From Candidatus Firestoneibacteriota bacterium (GTDB lineage: Bacteria; Oederibacteriota; D2-FULL-39-29; JBDRBU01), in NCBI GenBank assembly GCA_043822305.1, contig JBDRBU010000071.1:1-11202 (forward strand): a stretch of 11,202 nucleotides of DNA, written 5' to 3'. The notes under the pieces are model-generated. The model was not told the DNA's origin and ran no database searches. It saw only the letters and a list, made by a program, of their open reading frames with translations. The position numbers and the translations under genes are program-made. Shown piece after piece: positions 6,671-11,202 of this stretch (its first letter is position 1; each line of letters starts with the position of its first letter).

Positions 6671-9124
6671 TTAATCGAATAACTTTAAAATATCCTCACA
6701 AAATCTCAGTTTAAGGTATTTTGCTCCCCTGAAAGCAGATGTGCTATAAAGCATCCAATAAATGCCCTCTTTATCTTGTGTTAAAAAATATTTACCAACC
6801 CAAAAAGTAGTAAGACGTTTGGGATTACTCCAAACAACTCCGTCATCCGAATAACATAAATAAATACTAGTTTTGTTATAAGAAATATAAATTTTGTCTT
6901 TATTATCACAAAAAACATTAAGACCATCATAGTAATCCGGTGGCTTACTACCACTGCGTCTATCCCATATAACCACCTTAGGTTCTGACCAGATTTTACC
7001 ATCTTTTGATGTGCTTACTTTAAGATATGTTATTTCATCACAGTAATTCTCTAAATCCCCTTTGACTTTTTTCTCTTTAGACCTCCATCTTTCAACCCAA
7101 GTGGCAAAAAAATTGCCTTTTGAATCTTGAGTAATTTTAACTGTATTCCAAGTCCTTCTTTCATATTCGTCATCTTTTGGTGGATCATAGATTATGTATT
7201 TTTCTGTAATATTTTTAAAGTCATTTGTATAACTTACGCTAAGAAGTTTTGCATTCGGATCGTGATGCGCAAGACAATACTTACCATTATTTAAGGGGAA
7301 AATACTGTAATCAAGATGCCCTTCTTTAAACATAATTGGTGTTGTCCAATCACGCATGTTATTGGTAACAGTAGTATAAACCCCAACCATATCGGAAGAT
7401 CTATACTCTGAAGATAAATGAACACTTGACCCTCTCTGAAAAACAAGGCATAAATCCTCTTTTACCTCATATAGTAATAAATGAAAATCATCATCAATAG
7501 AATTAAAAACCAGTCGTTCTGGTTGTTGCCATAATTTTTTGTTTTTAGTATCATTCCAGGAAATATATATATCTTTGTCTTTATCTTTTTCTTCCTGTGC
7601 CCAAAAAATAATATCTGGTTTGTCATTTATTCTATGTAAAATTTTCAAATCATATATCATCCCATCTGTTTTTGCTATCGTAACTGGTTCGCTCCAAACA
7701 CCATTTTTATCTTTGTCTTCTATAACATAATTTCTTTTTACTTCTTGATTTTTCCCAATCTCGATTTCTTCAACAATAGGTTTGAGTTTTAAGTTTGGAT
7801 CATCATCGGAATACGCGGTTATTTCTAATTTGTGCTTGCCTGCTGGTATACCGGATACAACAAATGGCGTTGATCTAAAAGGTTTATCATCCATCCAAAC
7901 ATCAGCTTCATCAGGAATTGAAGTAACATTCAGAGTTCCGCTATCCTCTGATATTGGTTTAAGTTTGAAAGATATATTCCATTCAAAGAGCAAAGAATTT
8001 TGCTCACTTATTTCTAAAATTATATTTTTCACACCTTCTAGCAATATACTTTCTCCTTCTTTTGTTGTTTTATCACTACTCTTATTTACTAAATTTATAA
8101 ATTGTTTTATTTCTTTACCAATCCTTCTCGGAAATGCAGGGAAACTCGTAAAATACATTTGGCTGTAGCAATACGGACTTTCAGGTTTATTGTTTTTGGC
8201 TGTTAATCTTGTTTTTAAACTCTCTATCGTATATCCTTTAGGCGATTTAAATACATATTTCCAAATTCTGGTGGAACTATTTTTAATATAAGGTTTTCCA
8301 TTCTCGTCCATTTTCCAACGGCCAAGGAAATAATAAAAAGCATTCTCGTATTTTGTGTTTTCACCGACTTTTTCTTCATAAAAAGGCTTTTGTTTGTTTA
8401 TTTCAATAATATGTGGGAACTGAGGAGTATTCACATCTTTTTCATATTGGCGCATATATAACTCGAGTAATTCGTATAATGACCTATCTTTATCACTATC
8501 AAATAAATAAGATACAGCCTTTTGATAATATTCCATTGCTCCTCTTTCATTCCCCATTTTTTTATGAAATTGTGCAATCTTGTATAATATTCGCCCTATT
8601 AATTTCCATTTCTCGTAAACCCTATCATCTTTCCTATTTTTTCTTACCATGTCATGAACTACATTTCCAGTTTGTGCAATTCCAATATCATTTTCCAGTT
8701 TTTTAAGTTGTTCCTTGCTTACCATTGATTCAAAGATATTCACAGTTTTTTCGTAAGCAGTAATTGCCTTTTTATAATCTTTTAATGCCTTTTCGTATAT
8801 TTCTCCTATCTCAATGCTTATATCAAAAAGCTGTTCCCTTTCAACAAGTCCTTCATTCGCCACTATTTCATTATATTCTTCAATTGCACTCGAATACTCT
8901 CCTCGGTAAAAATACATCTTACCAAGTAAATATTTTGAATCATAATATTTATCATTATTATTTTCAACTTGTTTCAGTTCCACAAGGGCTTCAGAATATT
9001 TTCCATCTTTAAAAAATTCCATTCCTCTGTCATAACGATAGGGATTATGGATTTTTTTAATTGCACAGGAAAAAGAAATAAAAATAACACATATCAAATA
9101 AAAAGATTTGAATTTTCTCCACAT
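6671..9124 (-). CDS. Lipoprotein with TPR repeats, PEGA domain and BNR/Asp-box (sialidase-fold) beta-propeller
   Basis: Signal peptide ending SFSC. TPR-like helices (YLLGKMYFYRGEYSSAIEEY; IGEIYEKALKDYKKAITAY). PEGA-like GTLNVTSIPDEADVWMDD..TPFVVSGIPAGKHKLEI. Asp-boxes SKDGKIW and SDDGVVW. Confidence 0.82.
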   Translation of the reverse strand: MWRKFKSFYLICVIFISFSCAIKKIHNPYRYDRGMEFFKDGKYSEALVELKQVENNNDKYYDSKYLLGKMYFYRGEYSSAIEEYNEIVANEGLVEREQLFDISIEIGEIYEKALKDYKKAITAYEKTVNIFESMVSKEQLKKLENDIGIAQTGNVVHDMVRKNRKDDRVYEKWKLIGRILYKIAQFHKKMGNERGAMEYYQKAVSYLFDSDKDRSLYELLELYMRQYEKDVNTPQFPHIIEINKQKPFYEEKVGENTKYENAFYYFLGRWKMDENGKPYIKNSSTRIWKYVFKSPKGYTIESLKTRLTAKNNKPESPYCYSQMYFTSFPAFPRRIGKEIKQFINLVNKSSDKTTKEGESILLEGVKNIILEISEQNSLLFEWNISFKLKPISEDSGTLNVTSIPDEADVWMDDKPFRSTPFVVSGIPAGKHKLEITAYSDDDPNLKLKPIVEEIEIGKNQEVKRNYVIEDKDKNGVWSEPVTIAKTDGMIYDLKILHRINDKPDIIFWAQEEKDKDKDIYISWNDTKNKKLWQQPERLVFNSIDDDFHLLLYEVKEDLCLVFQRGSSVHLSSEYRSSDMVGVYTTVTNNMRDWTTPIMFKEGHLDYSIFPLNNGKYCLAHHDPNAKLLSVSYTNDFKNITEKYIIYDPPKDDEYERRTWNTVKITQDSKGNFFATWVERWRSKEKKVKGDLENYCDEITYLKVSTSKDGKIWSEPKVVIWDRRSGSKPPDYYDGLNVFCDNKDKIYISYNKTSIYLCYSDDGVVWSNPKRLTTFWVGKYFLTQDKEGIYWMLYSTSAFRGAKYLKLRFCEDILKLFD

Positions 9125-9143
9125 TTTACATATCCCCTTTTTT

Positions 9144-9199
9144 ATTATACCATTATTATAGATTTGTTAAATAAAAACTGTCCGAATTCTGTCCGAATT
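9144..9199 (-). promoter_or_regulatory. Promoter-like block plus tandem 11-bp repeat upstream of the 817-aa gene
   Basis: Extended -10 TGGTATAAT (9152-9144). Perfect tandem CTGTCCGAATT x2 (9178-9188, 9189-9199). Confidence 0.72.
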
Positions 9200-9316
9200 T
9201 TCTGGTCAAAAGAGGTTAAATCTGATTAAGTCTGAAAAATACAGAATTCAGATTTTTCCTTACGTTATCAATACTTACTAGTAAAAATAAGAGGAGCATG
9301 TAATCCATTTTTTGTT

Positions 9317-9356
9317 TTACGAATCAGCTGCTCTACCAACTGAGCTACATCAGCGT
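9317..9356 (-). pseudogene. Displaced 5' half of tRNA-Thr (att junction)
   Basis: Identical to 5345-5384. The sequence diverges immediately after the anticodon loop TTCGTAA. Confidence 0.92.
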
Positions 9357-9362
9357 AGAAAT

Positions 9363-9391
9363 ATTATAGCAAATTTAAGTGGTTTTAGCAA
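9363..9391 (-). promoter_or_regulatory. sigma70-type promoter upstream of the tRNA fragment (probable native tRNA promoter)
   Basis: TTGCTA (9391-9386), 17-bp spacer, TATAAT (9368-9363), extended -10 TG. 23/29 identical to 5394-5422. Confidence 0.82.
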
Positions 9392-9477
9392 ACTAACTTT
9401 TTAAAATAGTTTTTAAAATAGAACAAAATAGAAAGAATGATGAAAAGTTTAAGAGGTTTAGAAGCAGGCTGTGGTGC

Positions 9478-9486
9478 TGTGGATAA
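9478..9486 (-). promoter_or_regulatory. Perfect DnaA box (TTATCCACA)
   Basis: TGTGGATAA on the + strand, intergenic; only one perfect copy seen. Confidence 0.35.
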
Positions 9487-9689
9487 CTTTGTAAAGGGGT
9501 GGGTCATTTTGATTACAAAAAATGGGACTTTTTACTTGCAATTTACACATGTTAGTAATATATACTGTGTTTTCTTTCTTGCTTTATATGTTTTTTTATC
9601 CTTTGGTTTATTTTGTTTACAACAGCAAAAGTTCTTAATAATAACAAATACAAGGTACTTTTTAGGACATCGGCAGTTGTCCCAAGTTT

Positions 9690-10817
9690 TTATTTTTTCT
9701 GTTTACCATCTGAAAACAGCAAACCATAATGTACATTACGGCCTTTGCCCGGAAGCTGATACAGTAACTTTTTTTCCAGCAAATCAGCAATCTCTCTAAA
9801 GGCCGTAGCCCGGCTGGTTTTTGTCAAACCGACATATTTACGGGTAGTCAGCCCGCCGGTAAACCCATTAGGGACGGCTTCAAGCATCCGGCTGATTACC
9901 TTTTTTTGCCTTGCATTAAGTTCTGATTGCGCATGTTTGTTCCAGAAATCCGACTTCATGAATACTCCGGCAATTATGTCTTGAGAACGTTCAATTGACG
10001 CTTTCAGGTTTTGAATGAACCATAAGAACCATGCTGTGGTATCCTTCCGACAGCACTGTACATCCTCCAGCACCTTATAATATGATTCCCTTGAACGCAT
10101 GATCTCCGAAGAAAGGCTGTAGTATCGCACATTAGTTTTCTCGTCCTGTGAAAGCGCCATGTCCGTGATAGCCCTTGCCAGTCGCCCGTTGCCGTCCTCA
10201 TAAGGATGAATGGTAAGGAACCTCAAATGCGACGCCGCCGCGCGCAAGACACCATCCATGCCGATCCGCGAGATTTTCCACCAATCAAGAAAAAGCGAAA
10301 TCTCATTTTTAAGGCATCCCACTGGAAGAGCTTCATAGTGAATCTTTTCCTTGCCAATAGGCCCCGACACAACGCGCATTGGCGCGCTTCCCCTGATTTT
10401 CCCCGTCTTTATTTTTCTAATGCCGGAATAACCGGAAGGAAACAAAGAAGCCTGCCAGCTGTTAATCCTTTTAAGGGTAAGTGGTTTATTATGAAACCGC
10501 ACGGCATCCAGAAGGACATCTACAAGACCGTCAACATTTCTATCATGAGGGCCGATACCGGCAGGCAATCCAAGCTTTACTGCCACGGACGAGCGGACGG
10601 CTTCAGCACTGAGTTTTTGTCCCTCGATCTCGGCGGTATGGACCGTTTCTTCGACCAGAACGGCTCCCTGTGCTTCAGTTTCCAGTTTCAGGTCCAAAGA
10701 AGCGACACGGCCGAGTAATTTTCCCTGTAACACTCTCAACTCGCTCAAAGGCCCAAGCAAAACAGAATCATCGTATTTAAAATCATACCAGTTTTTACGC
10801 GACCAGATATACTGCAT
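9690..10817 (-). CDS. Fic family protein with N-terminal DUF4172-like region and C-terminal winged HTH
   Basis: Fic motif HPYEDGNGRLAR; inhibitory-helix motif TAEIEG; N-terminus MQYIWSRKNW; C-terminal LTTRKYVGLTKTSRATAFREIADL. GGAG RBS. Confidence 0.93.
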   Translation of the reverse strand: MQYIWSRKNWYDFKYDDSVLLGPLSELRVLQGKLLGRVASLDLKLETEAQGAVLVEETVHTAEIEGQKLSAEAVRSSVAVKLGLPAGIGPHDRNVDGLVDVLLDAVRFHNKPLTLKRINSWQASLFPSGYSGIRKIKTGKIRGSAPMRVVSGPIGKEKIHYEALPVGCLKNEISLFLDWWKISRIGMDGVLRAAASHLRFLTIHPYEDGNGRLARAITDMALSQDEKTNVRYYSLSSEIMRSRESYYKVLEDVQCCRKDTTAWFLWFIQNLKASIERSQDIIAGVFMKSDFWNKHAQSELNARQKKVISRMLEAVPNGFTGGLTTRKYVGLTKTSRATAFREIADLLEKKLLYQLPGKGRNVHYGLLFSDGKQKK

Positions 10818-10832
10818 TCTAATCTTCTCCCG

Positions 10833-10901
10833 TGAAGCGATTACCCATTTAATCGCCTCATATTATGATACGATTATAGCATATAATCGCCCGACCGTCA
10901 A
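10833..10901 (-). promoter_or_regulatory. fic promoter with two palindromic operators
   Basis: TTGACG (10901-10896), 17-bp spacer, TATAAT (10878-10873). Inverted repeats TGAAGCGATTA/TAATCGCCTCA (10833-10860) and CGATTATA/TATAATCG (10871-10889). Confidence 0.8.
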
Positions 10902-11111
10902 GTATAAAACACAAAAAAATCTTTTGTTATCATAGATGGGTAACAGTATTGTATAATAGAGAAGGTGTAGATCCTCAAAGACGGAGTAAATTCCATAGTA
11001 AAAGCCGAGATTTATTCCATAGTGTTTATACCACATTTTAGAACTTATCTCAATGTTTTTCGATGAACAGAAATTGATCACCTCCTCTATTTTAAGATTT
11101 GATAACATCAT
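10863..11111 (-). CDS. Hypothetical protein, possibly a truncated remnant
   Basis: ATGA overlap with the upstream ORF stop. The 3' end runs through the fic promoter. No recognisable motif. Confidence 0.3.
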   Translation of the reverse strand: MMLSNLKIEEVINFCSSKNIEISSKMWYKHYGINLGFYYGIYSVFEDLHLLYYTILLPIYDNKRFFCVLYLTVGRLYAIIVS

Positions 11112-11202
11112 TTAAACTTCCTTTTTGAAAAGTAAAAATCAATTATATCCTCTTCACCAATCATTCTTGCCTTCTCATTTCGCTTTATTTCAATTATTTT
11201 TA
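11108..11202 (-). CDS. 3' end of an unknown CDS entering from beyond the window
   Basis: Open frame KIIEIKRNEKARMIGEEDIIDFYFSKRKFK ending TGA at 11110-11108. Confidence 0.45.
   Translation of the reverse strand, partial: KIIEIKRNEKARMIGEEDIIDFYFSKRKFK

Larger units (their letters stand above)
5345..9356. mobile_element. ~4 kb tRNA-Thr-integrated genomic island, no integrase on board
   Basis: Perfect 40-bp direct repeat (5345-5384, 9317-9356) covering tRNA nt 1-38 plus 2 leader nt, ending exactly at the 3' edge of the anticodon loop. Accessory cargo and arm-like repeats lie between the copies. Confidence 0.8.

Noticed and set aside
2099..9229. Short + strand ORFs (2099, 3019, 3346, 3901, 4550, 5971, 6399, 7539, 7782, 8413, 8764, 8969) and the minus ORF 6781-7002
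   Set aside because: Antisense or alternate-frame shadows of well-supported genes, with no motifs.
9255..9280. IHF site near the right att (TATCAATACTTA)
   Set aside because: One base short of the WATCAANNNNTTR consensus in AT-rich DNA; suggestive only.
4516..9356. CRISPR array or classical integron attC array
   Set aside because: Repeats occur in two or three copies hundreds to thousands of bp apart, with no regular spacers, no attC structure and no cas or intI gene.
9478..9549. Possible replication origin
   Set aside because: Only one perfect DnaA box, no dense cluster, and no dnaA/dnaN context.
9437..10718. ORFs 9437-9799 (+), 10004-10201 (-) and 10206-10718 (+)
   Set aside because: They overlap the fic gene or low-complexity intergenic DNA and show no recognisable protein features.
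11076..11086. GATCACCTCCT matching the 16S rRNA 3' end
   Set aside because: Only 11 bp with no flanking rRNA similarity; it is a Shine-Dalgarno-like sequence on the minus strand.

Overview
AT-rich bacterial chromosomal window with all credible genes on the minus strand. The left half is a housekeeping string: tRNA-Thr(CGT) > exported transglutaminase-like protein > gatB > rlmD > PilZ protein > 5' end of a DUF559-like gene. It is peppered with several unrelated families of short palindromic repeats, and two of these families sit in frame inside protein-coding genes. The middle (about 5345-9356) is a ~4 kb integrase-less island inserted at the tRNA-Thr anticodon loop. Unusually, it duplicates the 5' half of the tRNA and supplies a replacement promoter. 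It carries arm-site-like repeats (CTGTCCGAATT) and a modular array of lipoprotein genes, two of which are preceded by the same promoter + repeat block. The right end holds a GC-richer Fic/DUF4172 gene whose sigma70 promoter is overlapped by tandem palindromic operators, then an uncharacterised ORF pair running off the window. All product calls come from reading motifs by eye; no database searches were run.
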